NCBI GenBank assembly: GCA_043822785.1
Contig: JBDRBN010000012.1
Span: 1-12,780 of the forward strand
Length of the DNA stretch: 12,780 nucleotides
Reading direction: 5' to 3'
DNA from: Pseudomonadota bacterium
Lineage (GTDB): Bacteria > UBA10199 > 2-02-FULL-44-16 > JAAZCA01
The notes under the pieces are model-generated. The model was not told the origin of the DNA. It worked only from the letters and a program-made list of their open reading frames with translations, and made no database searches. The position numbers and the translations under genes are program-made. Shown one piece after another: positions 1-8,099 of the stretch (position 1 is its first letter; every line of letters begins with the position of its first letter).

Positions 1-1302
1 GCAGATGAAAAAATAGGAAAGACCGGTCTTGCACACATGTTCGAGCACATGGCGTTTAAGGGATCTGGCAAGATCGGAACAAGTGATTGGTCAAAAGAGC
101 GGCCCTTGCTGGATGAAATCGAAAAGATAGGAGAGGCGCTCACAGCCCTTAGGACTTCAAAAAATCCAGACAAGAAGGAGTTGTCCGAACTTTCGCGTAG
201 GATGGGCGCGCTTAAACACAAAGCAGAACAATTTCAAATAAAGAACGAGGTGTGGGAGATCCTCATGCGCAATGGCGCCAAAGAGATCAATGCCTATACC
301 AGTAAAGATCTCACTGCCTTTCATGCGAGCATGCCAAAGGATTGTCTTGAGCTCTGGGTGCGCGTGGCCGCTGAGATGGTCTTTAGTCCAACATTTCGCG
401 ACTTTTATACCGAACGATCTGTTGTAGAAGAAGAGCGCAGGACAGGACTAGAAAACAGTCCAGAAGGGGCACTTACAGAAAAACTTTTGTCGTCAGCATA
501 TATCAGCGGCCCTTATAGCTGGCCGACTCATGGATCAAAGGAAGATTTGCAAGGTCTCACCATCGACGACGCCAGACAGTTTCATGCGGCTCACTATGTG
601 CCTTCAAATATGGTAGGAGTAATAGTAGGTGATATAAGCCCCTCAAAGGTCAAGCGCGCGATAAGCAGGGTGTTTGGCCCTTATCCTAAAAGCAACGTTC
701 CTAAGCAGCCAAACAGCAATGGCCAGTCAGCAGGCAATGTCTCCCTTCGCATGCACTTTGATGCCGAGCCAGCCATAGCCATAGCGTTTCACAAGCCCAC
801 ACTTCCTGATAAATCAGAATATGTGTTTGATGTGATTACAGCTCTTCTATGCGATGGTCGCTCCAGCCGCCTGGAAAAACGCCTCATATATGATGATCAC
901 CTGGCAAAGGATGTATATTGCAGCGATGGATTTCCAGGCTCGCGCTTTGATAATCTTTTTTTAATTTGGATAGAACCCCTGAAGGGAATATCGCCACATC
1001 AAATCCTTAAAGCTGTTGAGTCTGAAATAAATAAGTTGCAGCAAGTTTATGTGAGCGACGCAGATCTTGCGCGCGTGCGCAAGCAGGTAACATCGTCAAT
1101 CATGTTTACTCTCGACAGCAACGAAAATCTTGCAGAGGCATTGGCGCGCTTTCAAACCGTTTTTGGAAATTGGAAGCTTCTGGCAGATTATCCGGCAAAT
1201 GTCGCGCATGTGAATGCAAAAGATGTACAAAGCATTGCCCAAAAATATCTTGTTAAGGATAATAGGGTCATAGTGGAAAGACTTAAAGGAAGGCAACACT
1301 GA
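1..1302 (+). CDS. M16 family (M16B/pitrilysin-like) zinc peptidase, catalytic subunit, 5'-truncated by the window edge
   Basis: The frame is open from base 1 (ADEKIGKTGLAHMFEHMAFKG), so the ORF-track ATG at 37 lies inside the inverted zinc motif HXXEH (HMFEH). NAYTSKD and ERSVVEEERR match M16 signatures. Stop TGA at 1300-1302. Confidence 0.93.
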   Translation, partial: ADEKIGKTGLAHMFEHMAFKGSGKIGTSDWSKERPLLDEIEKIGEALTALRTSKNPDKKELSELSRRMGALKHKAEQFQIKNEVWEILMRNGAKEINAYTSKDLTAFHASMPKDCLELWVRVAAEMVFSPTFRDFYTERSVVEEERRTGLENSPEGALTEKLLSSAYISGPYSWPTHGSKEDLQGLTIDDARQFHAAHYVPSNMVGVIVGDISPSKVKRAISRVFGPYPKSNVPKQPNSNGQSAGNVSLRMHFDAEPAIAIAFHKPTLPDKSEYVFDVITALLCDGRSSRLEKRLIYDDHLAKDVYCSDGFPGSRFDNLFLIWIEPLKGISPHQILKAVESEINKLQQVYVSDADLARVRKQVTSSIMFTLDSNENLAEALARFQTVFGNWKLLADYPANVAHVNAKDVQSIAQKYLVKDNRVIVERLKGRQH

Positions 1303-1384
1303 TGTCATTGCGAGGGCGTAGCCCGAAGCAATCCCATGCAAATACAGACTTGACGGAGATTGCTTCGCTACGCTCGCAATGACA
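1303..1384. repeat. Palindromic REP/MITE-like element, copy 1 (opposite orientation to copies 2 and 4)
   Basis: Perfect 12-bp terminal IR TGTCATTGCGAG (1303-1314) / CTCGCAATGACA (1373-1384). Inner IR CGAAGCAATC (1324-1333) / GATTGCTTCG (1358-1367). Side hairpin GGGC-GTA-GCCC. Confidence 0.92.
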
Positions 1385-1395
1385 AGGGGAAGAAG

Positions 1396-2772
1396 ATGAA
1401 AGCTGTACTTAAACTCTTTATAGCGCTCGTTGCCATTGCACTGCCCATAGAGGCTCTTGCAAATGCCGATTTCCTTTCGCGTTACGAACAAAATAAGCTT
1501 CCAAAGATAAAGCCGCCGCACGTAAGCATGCAGGTGCTGGATAATGGCATGCGCCTCTATCTTCTAGAAGATCATACGATCCCTGTAATAAAAGTCGGCG
1601 CCATTATACGAACAGGAAGCTTATTTGATCCGCCTCAAAAGGTAGGCCTCGCATCCCTTGCATCTTCGCTTATGCGAAGTGGTGGTGTCGGCAGCATGTC
1701 GCCCGAGTCGTTCGATAAAGCCTTAGATGATTTAGGCGCTTCATTGTCTACTGCCGTGAGTCATGAGATGGGCATAGCTTCTCTTGAAATCCTATCAGAG
1801 GATATGCAAGAGGGGCTTTCGCTTTTCTTCAAAATGCTTTTTGAACCGCAGTTCAATAAGAAACGGCTGAACATTGCGCGTCAGAAAATTTTGGAAAGCC
1901 TTATCAGACAGGATGACGATCCCCAGATGCTGGCAGACTATCGCTTCAGGCAACTGGTATATGGCAAACAAAGCCCGTGGGCACGCAGGCCAAGTAAGGC
2001 TACGCTTTCCATAATTGACGAAGAGGACATAAAGCAGTTTCACAAAAACTTCTTCAAAGCAGATAACATCATTCTCATCGCCTCCGGCGACTTCAAATAC
2101 GATAATTTCTTGGATGCTGTTTCCAAGCTCACGGCTAACGCTCCAACAGGCAAGGTGATTTTTCCAAACGTAGCGCCGGTTGCGCTTGAGTTTGAACCAA
2201 AAGAAGAGCGCATTATCAGGCCGCTCACACAAGCGTTCATCCGCATGGGCCATCTTTCCATCAAGCGCCATAACCCCGATAAGTTCGCCCTGTTTTTAGC
2301 TGATGATATTCTTGGGGCTTCAGGGTTCAAAAGCAGGCTTATCGAAGATGTGCGCGTGCGCCGCGGAATGGCATACAGCATTTGGAGCAGCGTGATGCCT
2401 GAAACGGACTACGGACTATTCAGCATCGGCGTAAACACTAGGGCTTCAAACGCAAATAACGTTATAGAAATAGTAAAAAGACATTTAAAGAGGATGGCTG
2501 TCGATGGCGATGTAACGGATGAGGAGATGGATTTTGCAAAGCAGTCCATCCTCAGAAGGCTCATATTTCAGTTTGATATGCCATATAAGGTTGTAAACCA
2601 GGAGGCCACGTTTTACTTCTATGGCTATCCAAAGGATTATTGGAAGATATATCGTGACAAAATCGCTGCCTCAACTCTTGCTGACGTAAATCGGGCGGCT
2701 GCAAAATACTTTAAACCGGATGATTTGGAGATCTTAATCGTAGGACCAAGATCAGTGACCAGTAACCAGTGA
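1396..2772 (+). CDS. M16 family peptidase, non-catalytic partner subunit, with signal peptide
   Basis: ATG 1396 follows AAGGGGA (1384-1390). N-terminus MKAVLKLFIALVAIALPIEALA looks like a Sec signal. M16 fold motifs are present (LDNGMRLYL, VRVRRGMAYS with the R/Y pair), but HXXEH is replaced by GLASLASSLM. Confidence 0.9.
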   Translation: MKAVLKLFIALVAIALPIEALANADFLSRYEQNKLPKIKPPHVSMQVLDNGMRLYLLEDHTIPVIKVGAIIRTGSLFDPPQKVGLASLASSLMRSGGVGSMSPESFDKALDDLGASLSTAVSHEMGIASLEILSEDMQEGLSLFFKMLFEPQFNKKRLNIARQKILESLIRQDDDPQMLADYRFRQLVYGKQSPWARRPSKATLSIIDEEDIKQFHKNFFKADNIILIASGDFKYDNFLDAVSKLTANAPTGKVIFPNVAPVALEFEPKEERIIRPLTQAFIRMGHLSIKRHNPDKFALFLADDILGASGFKSRLIEDVRVRRGMAYSIWSSVMPETDYGLFSIGVNTRASNANNVIEIVKRHLKRMAVDGDVTDEEMDFAKQSILRRLIFQFDMPYKVVNQEATFYFYGYPKDYWKIYRDKIAASTLADVNRAAAKYFKPDDLEILIVGPRSVTSNQ

Positions 2773-2837
2773 TCAGTTACCAGTGAGTTGTTAGCTGTAA
2801 GCTGTAAGCGAACAAAGTGAGCGAGCTGTTAGCTTTT
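2751..2837 (+). repeat. Composite 7-bp-period tandem array: 5 x AYCAGTD, then AGYTGTW units
   Basis: atcagtg accagta accagtg atcagtt accagtg (2751-2785), agttgtt agctgta agctgta (2786-2806), a 17-nt interruption, then agctgtt agctttt. Confidence 0.85.
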
Positions 2838-2853
2838 TAAGGGAGTATCAAAG

Positions 2854-4566
2854 ATGATTCAGAAAGAAATAGAAAAACTTATTAAAGCAGCTTTGGCTTC
2901 CTGCATAGCTGATGGAATTATTTCCGCAGACACAGAAGATGAGTTCGAGATCTCAACTCCCAAACAAAAGGAGCATGGCGATTTTGCTACTAACGCTGCG
3001 CTCATCCTGGCAGCAAAAGAAAAAAAATCTCCCCGCGATATTGCCAAAGCTATCGTAGAGCATATGCCTGAAAGTACAAAGGGTCTGGTCTCTGCAGAGA
3101 TCGCAGGTCCTGGCTTTATAAATTTCACTGTCAAACCTCATTGGTATCTTGATGGCCTCAGGCAGATATACACCAAAGGAATTAACTTTGGCCGCTTAGA
3201 TTTTGGTAAGGGCAAAAAAGTACAGGTGGAGTTTGTAAGTGCAAACCCCACAGGACCGCTTCATATAGGACACGGGCGAGGCGCAGTATATGGTGATACA
3301 TTAGCCAATGTGCTTTCCTGGGCAGGTTTTGATGTAACAAAGGAATACTACGTAAACGATACGGGCAATCAAATCAAAACGCTCGGCAAATCGGTCTATC
3401 TGCGCATACGCGAGCTTCAGGGAGAAAACGTACAGATGCCCGAAGACTGTTATAAAGGACACTATCTCATAGACATAGCCCGCCAAATTAAACATGCACA
3501 CAAGGACAAACTTAAAGCAATGGATGAGGCTTCTGCCACAGACTTTTGCGGAAAGACAGCAGGCTCGATAATACTTGAGAGCATAAAACAAGATCTAGCC
3601 GATACCGGGGTAGTACACGACACCTATTTCTTTGAGAGCAAGCTACACGAAGATGAACTCGTAAAAAAAACCATGGATTGGCTTAAGGGCAAGGGACACA
3701 TATACGAAAAGGATGGCGCGACCTGGTTTAACTCTAGCAGGTTTGGCGATGACAAGGACCGCGTCTTGCGCAAAAGCGATGGATCACTAACATACTTTGC
3801 TGCTGATATCGCATACCACAAAGACAAGTATGACCGTGGCTTTAAAAGAGTAATAGATGTGTGGGGTGCTGATCACGCAGGCTATGTGGGACGTATGAAA
3901 GCATGTATAGCAGCGCTGGTTAATGATGCAGAAAGCTTTGAAGCTGTGCTCATTCAGCTCGTAAATCTGGTGAGGGGCGGCCAGACCATATCCATGTCAA
4001 CGCGTGGGGGTACATTTGAAACGCTTGAGGATGTTCGCAATGAAGTGGGACGCGATGCATGCCGCTATTTTTTCCTTTTGCGCTCACACAATGCCCAGCT
4101 GGATTTTGACTTGGATCTTGCCAAGAAGGAAAGTGCAGACAACCCTGTTTTTTACATACAGTATGCACACGCACGCATTGCCAGCATATTCAAAAAGGCA
4201 GGTGAACAGGGACTTGCCCCATCTTCGCCTGATGATGTAGATCTATCACTGCTTAGTCTGCCTGAAGAGGCAAAGCTTGCCAGGATGCTTGGGGCCATGC
4301 CTGGCGTTATCCAGGAGTGCGCACAAGCCTTAGAGCCCCATAAACTTGCATTTTATCTGTTAGAGCTGGCACGGATGTTTCAGGCCTATTACAGCAAGGG
4401 AAGGGCAGATGAGCGCTACAAGGTTTTGTCAGCAGAGCCTGCTCTGGCAGGTGCAAAGCTCTACCTCTTGAAAAATGTTCAAATTGTGTTACAAAATGCT
4501 TTGAGAATATTAGGAATTTCAGCCCCAGACAGGATGGCTCGCGAAGAGGAGGACTTGGATGCCTGA
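2854..4566 (+). CDS. argS: Arginine--tRNA ligase
   Basis: HGDFATN, AGPGFIN, VEFVSANPTGPLHIGHGR (HIGH motif), WGADH, YIQYAHAR. RBS AAGGGAG at 2839-2845. Confidence 0.98.
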   Translation: MIQKEIEKLIKAALASCIADGIISADTEDEFEISTPKQKEHGDFATNAALILAAKEKKSPRDIAKAIVEHMPESTKGLVSAEIAGPGFINFTVKPHWYLDGLRQIYTKGINFGRLDFGKGKKVQVEFVSANPTGPLHIGHGRGAVYGDTLANVLSWAGFDVTKEYYVNDTGNQIKTLGKSVYLRIRELQGENVQMPEDCYKGHYLIDIARQIKHAHKDKLKAMDEASATDFCGKTAGSIILESIKQDLADTGVVHDTYFFESKLHEDELVKKTMDWLKGKGHIYEKDGATWFNSSRFGDDKDRVLRKSDGSLTYFAADIAYHKDKYDRGFKRVIDVWGADHAGYVGRMKACIAALVNDAESFEAVLIQLVNLVRGGQTISMSTRGGTFETLEDVRNEVGRDACRYFFLLRSHNAQLDFDLDLAKKESADNPVFYIQYAHARIASIFKKAGEQGLAPSSPDDVDLSLLSLPEEAKLARMLGAMPGVIQECAQALEPHKLAFYLLELARMFQAYYSKGRADERYKVLSAEPALAGAKLYLLKNVQIVLQNALRILGISAPDRMAREEEDLDA

Positions 4567-5305
4567 ATACATGCGAAGCCGCCACAACGAAGAGTCAGAG
4601 AGCTTTTTCTGTAGATTCACGTTCGGGCAGTTCTTTGCTCTTCTTGTGCTAGAGGTGTTCACGCTGTTTTTTGTGTTCTATCTTGGTGCTCGCTATGGCC
4701 GCGGCCTTCTAGGCCTAGATAGAGCACCTGCTGTAGCAGTTGAAAGCGGGTCTGCCGAGACTTCGCGCGTTGTCACCACTGCAGATCCTGAAGTTGCCAA
4801 GATGGCAAAGGACCTAATAGCCAAAGCAGAGACCCCTGAGCTCAAAGATCGTATCCAGAATATGATAAATCAAGCCCAGGGCCCCAGATCTTCTTCGCAA
4901 ATGCCCGAAGTAGTAAAAGTAGAACGAGAATCAACACAGGAGAAACCTGTCGAAGCTCCAATGGACTCTGTGCCTGAACAACCTGAAGTAGCAGCTACTT
5001 CTGAACCAACAGCTGAAAATACATCTCGGGATGCTGGCGTAATCCGCATAAAGTCATCTGAAAGTGCCAGATACTCTGTTCAAGTGGGCTCATATCCTGA
5101 CATGGCTGAAGCTAGCAGCGTTGTGGAGCGATGGAAAACAAAGGGATATCCTGCCTATCTTATGATAGCAGACATACCAGACCGCGGACGTTGGTACAGG
5201 GTTCGTATCGGAGGATTTGAATCACGCGCCGAGGCTTCAAAATATATGGATAAATTCACTTCTCGCGAAAGCGTAGAGGCATTAGTGGTATTTAACGAGC
5301 AGTGA
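4559..5305 (+). CDS. SPOR domain-containing membrane protein (FtsN/DedD-like)
   Basis: One N-terminal hydrophobic helix (FFALLVLEVFTLFFVFYLG), a low-complexity P/E/S linker and a C-terminal SPOR-like domain (YSVQVGSY...WYRVRIGGF). Overlaps the end of argS by 8 bp. argS followed by a SPOR gene is a familiar arrangement. Confidence 0.88.
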   Translation: MPEYMRSRHNEESESFFCRFTFGQFFALLVLEVFTLFFVFYLGARYGRGLLGLDRAPAVAVESGSAETSRVVTTADPEVAKMAKDLIAKAETPELKDRIQNMINQAQGPRSSSQMPEVVKVERESTQEKPVEAPMDSVPEQPEVAATSEPTAENTSRDAGVIRIKSSESARYSVQVGSYPDMAEASSVVERWKTKGYPAYLMIADIPDRGRWYRVRIGGFESRAEASKYMDKFTSRESVEALVVFNEQ

Positions 5306-5393
5306 CCAGTAACCAGTAACCAGTGACCAGTAATAAGAATTTACAACACGTGAATTTTAGACGCTGGTCACTGATTACTAATCACTGGTCACT
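5298..5393. repeat. Inverted pair of 7-bp-period arrays (ACCAGTR)n ... (YACTRRT)n forming a 30-bp imperfect stem
   Basis: Left arm 5301-5330 agtgaccagtaaccagtaaccagtgaccag. Reverse complement of 5364-5393 is agtgaccagtgattagtaatcagtgaccag (26/30 identical). 33-nt loop. Confidence 0.9.
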
Positions 5394-5401
5394 TTTTTCA
5401 G

Positions 5402-7198
5402 ATGTCCCAATCCCACATCAGAAATTTCTGCATCATCGCTCACATCGATCACGGCAAATCAACGCTCGCTGATAGGATGCTTGAACTTACGGGAACTTTA
5501 AGCTCCCGCGAGCATCGAGAACAGTTTCTTGATGATATGGACCTGGAGCGTGAGCGGGGCATCACGATCAAAGCGCGCAGCGTGCGCATGACCTACAAAG
5601 CTAACGATGGTAAGCAGTACGAACTAAATCTCATCGATACTCCCGGACACGTGGATTTTCATTATGAGGTGAGTAGGTCGCTGGCTGCTTGTGACGGTGC
5701 TCTTTTGGTTATCGACGCCACACAAGGCGTGCAAGCCCAAACGCTTGCCAATGCGCTCTTAGCAATGCACAACGACTTGGAAATTGTGCCAGTCATAAAC
5801 AAGATCGATCTTGCAAGCGCTGATATAAAGGCTACAAAAGAGCAGTGTGAGGAAATGCTTGCCATTCCGTCAGACTTGGCAGTTGAGGTGTCTGCAAAAA
5901 CAGGCATAGGTGTTAAAGATGTGCTTGAAACAATCGTAGCACACCTGCCTCCACCGGGCGGCGATGAGTTTGGTCCTCTTCGAGCGCTCATATTTGACAG
6001 CTGGTTTGATTCATACATGGGCGCTGTGGCTCTGGTACGAGTTGTGGATGGAAATATAGAAGTAGGGCAAAACATCAGACTCATGCACGTGGACAAGGAA
6101 TACGAAGTGCTAAAACTTGCTATATCCGATCCCTTTCCGCGTGATGTTGCAAAGCTTGCCACAGGTGAAGTGGGAATAGTGATGGCTAATATTAAAGAGG
6201 TTGCCCATGCACGAGTTGGCGATACGATCACTGACGCAGCAAATCCTTCTTCCCAGCCTTTGCCTGGCTTTAGACAGGTAAAACCAATGGTCTTTGCAGG
6301 CCTTTATCCCACTGATCCTGGTCAATACGAAGAGCTGCGCAGCGCAATGGAGAAGTTAAGGCTCAACGACGCAGCGTTTAGCTATGAGCCAGAAACCTCC
6401 ACTGCTTTAGGTTTTGGGTTTCGCGCAGGCTTTTTGGGTTCGCTTCATGTCGAAATAGTACAAGAGAGGCTTGAGCGTGAATATGGGCTAAGCCTTGTGT
6501 CTACAGCTCCCACCGTCGTGTATGAGGTAGAAACAAAAGCAGGTGAAATCATAAATGTGGATAATCCGGCAAAGCTACCTGATCCAAATCAGATAGACGA
6601 AATCAGAGAACCTTACGCCTGCGCCTCTATCATGACGCCAAACGATTGTTTAGGCAGCATCATGCAGCTTTGCCAAGATAAGAGGGGAGACCAAACTCAC
6701 ATGGAGTACTTTGGCTGCGATCGCGTGATGGTCAAATACAATATTCCTTTTGCAGAGATGATGTATGAGTTCTTTGATCAGCTAAAATCCGTATCCCGCG
6801 GTTACGCATCGCTTGATTACGAACTCATAGGCGCTAAGGCAGCTGATCTGGTCAAGCTCACCGTGCTGATCAACGGAGAACCTGTAGATGCTCTTTCCAT
6901 CATAGTGTATCGTAAAGACGCACCAGTAAAAGGAAGGGTGCTTGTTCAAAAGTTGCGCAGCCTCATACCTAGGCAACAGTATGAAGTGGCAATACAGGCT
7001 GTCATAGGCGGACGCGTCATCGCTCGCGAAACAGTAAAGCCCATGCGAAAAGATGTAACAGCAAAATGCTATGGAGGAGATGTTACGAGAAAGCGAAAGC
7101 TTCTTGAAAAACAAAAGGCAGGAAAGCGCAGAATGAAGAAAGTAGGGCGCGTGGATATACCTCAAGAAGCGTTTTTGAGCGTGCTGAAGGCAAGGTAA
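5402..7198 (+). CDS. lepA: Translation elongation factor 4 (LepA)
   Basis: [68 protein letters not shown]. Confidence 0.99.
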   Translation: MSQSHIRNFCIIAHIDHGKSTLADRMLELTGTLSSREHREQFLDDMDLERERGITIKARSVRMTYKANDGKQYELNLIDTPGHVDFHYEVSRSLAACDGALLVIDATQGVQAQTLANALLAMHNDLEIVPVINKIDLASADIKATKEQCEEMLAIPSDLAVEVSAKTGIGVKDVLETIVAHLPPPGGDEFGPLRALIFDSWFDSYMGAVALVRVVDGNIEVGQNIRLMHVDKEYEVLKLAISDPFPRDVAKLATGEVGIVMANIKEVAHARVGDTITDAANPSSQPLPGFRQVKPMVFAGLYPTDPGQYEELRSAMEKLRLNDAAFSYEPETSTALGFGFRAGFLGSLHVEIVQERLEREYGLSLVSTAPTVVYEVETKAGEIINVDNPAKLPDPNQIDEIREPYACASIMTPNDCLGSIMQLCQDKRGDQTHMEYFGCDRVMVKYNIPFAEMMYEFFDQLKSVSRGYASLDYELIGAKAADLVKLTVLINGEPVDALSIIVYRKDAPVKGRVLVQKLRSLIPRQQYEVAIQAVIGGRVIARETVKPMRKDVTAKCYGGDVTRKRKLLEKQKAGKRRMKKVGRVDIPQEAFLSVLKAR

Positions 7199-7200
7199 AC

Positions 7201-7328
7201 GCGAGAAAGGCGAGACAGGCGATTGTCATTGCGAGCGTAGCGAAGCAATCTCCGCAGATATTGGCTTTAAGGAAATTGCTTCGGAGCTCACGCTCCTCGC
7301 AATGACATTCCTTTCTCGCTGGTCTCGC
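7201..7328. repeat. 9-bp-period inverted array flanking palindrome copy 2
   Basis: Left arm gcgagaaag gcgagacag gcga (7201-7222). Right arm cctttctcg ctggtctcg c (7310-7328). GCGAGAAAGG/CCTTTCTCGC (7201-7210 / 7310-7319) is a perfect 10-bp IR. Confidence 0.7.
7224..7307. repeat. Palindromic REP/MITE-like element, copy 2
   Basis: TGTCATTGCGAG (7224-7235) / CTCGCAATGACA (7296-7307). Inner IR CGAAGCAAT (7241-7249) / ATTGCTTCG (7275-7283). Side hairpin GAGC-TCAC-GCTC (7284-7295). Confidence 0.92.
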
Positions 7329-7342
7329 ATTATGGAGGATAG

Positions 7343-8098
7343 ATGGCACAGATTACGCAAAGCAATAGCACTCACACACAAAAAAAGAAAAGCAGGGCTC
7401 GTGAATATGCAGAGGCCCTAATCACGGCAGTGCTAATAGCGCTCTTCATACGGGCATTTGTCATTGAGGCTTTTAAGATTCCTTCAGGCTCAATGTTGCC
7501 TACACTTTCTGTGGGGGATCACATATTCGTAAACAAGTTCGTGTATGGTCTGCGCATTCCGTTCACTACTTATCAAATAGTGGACTTTGACGAACCAAAG
7601 AGGGGTGAAGTTGTGGTCTTCATTTATCCCGTCGATAAGAGCAAGGATTTCATCAAGAGGGTGGTAGGCATACCAGGCGATCACATACGAACACAAGGTG
7701 AGAGCGTTTGGATCAATGGAAATAAGTTAGAAGAGAGGGAGCTTACGGTATCAGAGTTTCCAGGTGATAAGCGCCGCCTGGTCGTAAAGAACGGTTCCAT
7801 GCAGACCATTGCCTTTGTAAGGGGCTGGCGCGATTTTAGCTTTTTTGAAGAAGATTTAGACGGAACCGAGCACCTGGTACAATATGAGAAGAATCTCGAG
7901 AGGCAGCCTTTTGAAGCAGTGGTGCCTCCTGATCATTACTTTGTTATGGGCGACAATCGCGACAACTCTGCAGATAGCCGTGAATGGGGTTTTGTGCCTA
8001 AGCATTATATTAAGGGCAAGGCCATGTTCGTATGGCTACCCTTGGATAAGGATCACGGCGGTATTAGATGGCATGAATTTGGAAGGTGGATACGCTAA
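7343..8098 (+). CDS. lepB: Signal peptidase I
   Basis: N-terminal TM helix, IPSGSMLPTL (catalytic Ser), DFIKRVVG (catalytic Lys), GDNRDNSADSR. RBS GGAGG at 7334-7338. Follows lepA. Confidence 0.97.
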   Translation: MAQITQSNSTHTQKKKSRAREYAEALITAVLIALFIRAFVIEAFKIPSGSMLPTLSVGDHIFVNKFVYGLRIPFTTYQIVDFDEPKRGEVVVFIYPVDKSKDFIKRVVGIPGDHIRTQGESVWINGNKLEERELTVSEFPGDKRRLVVKNGSMQTIAFVRGWRDFSFFEEDLDGTEHLVQYEKNLERQPFEAVVPPDHYFVMGDNRDNSADSREWGFVPKHYIKGKAMFVWLPLDKDHGGIRWHEFGRWIR

Positions 8099-8099
8099 G

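Noticed and set aside
1360..1395. ORF-track TTG start for the second M16 gene
   Set aside because: It lies inside the palindrome. ATG 1396 has an RBS and begins the signal peptide.
1096..1521. Minus-strand 141-aa ORF containing VIASVAKQS...IAS...LAMT
   Set aside because: It is antisense to two real genes, and the motif is just the translated palindrome. The same applies to 7083-7349 (CHCEERE...) and 11200-11535.
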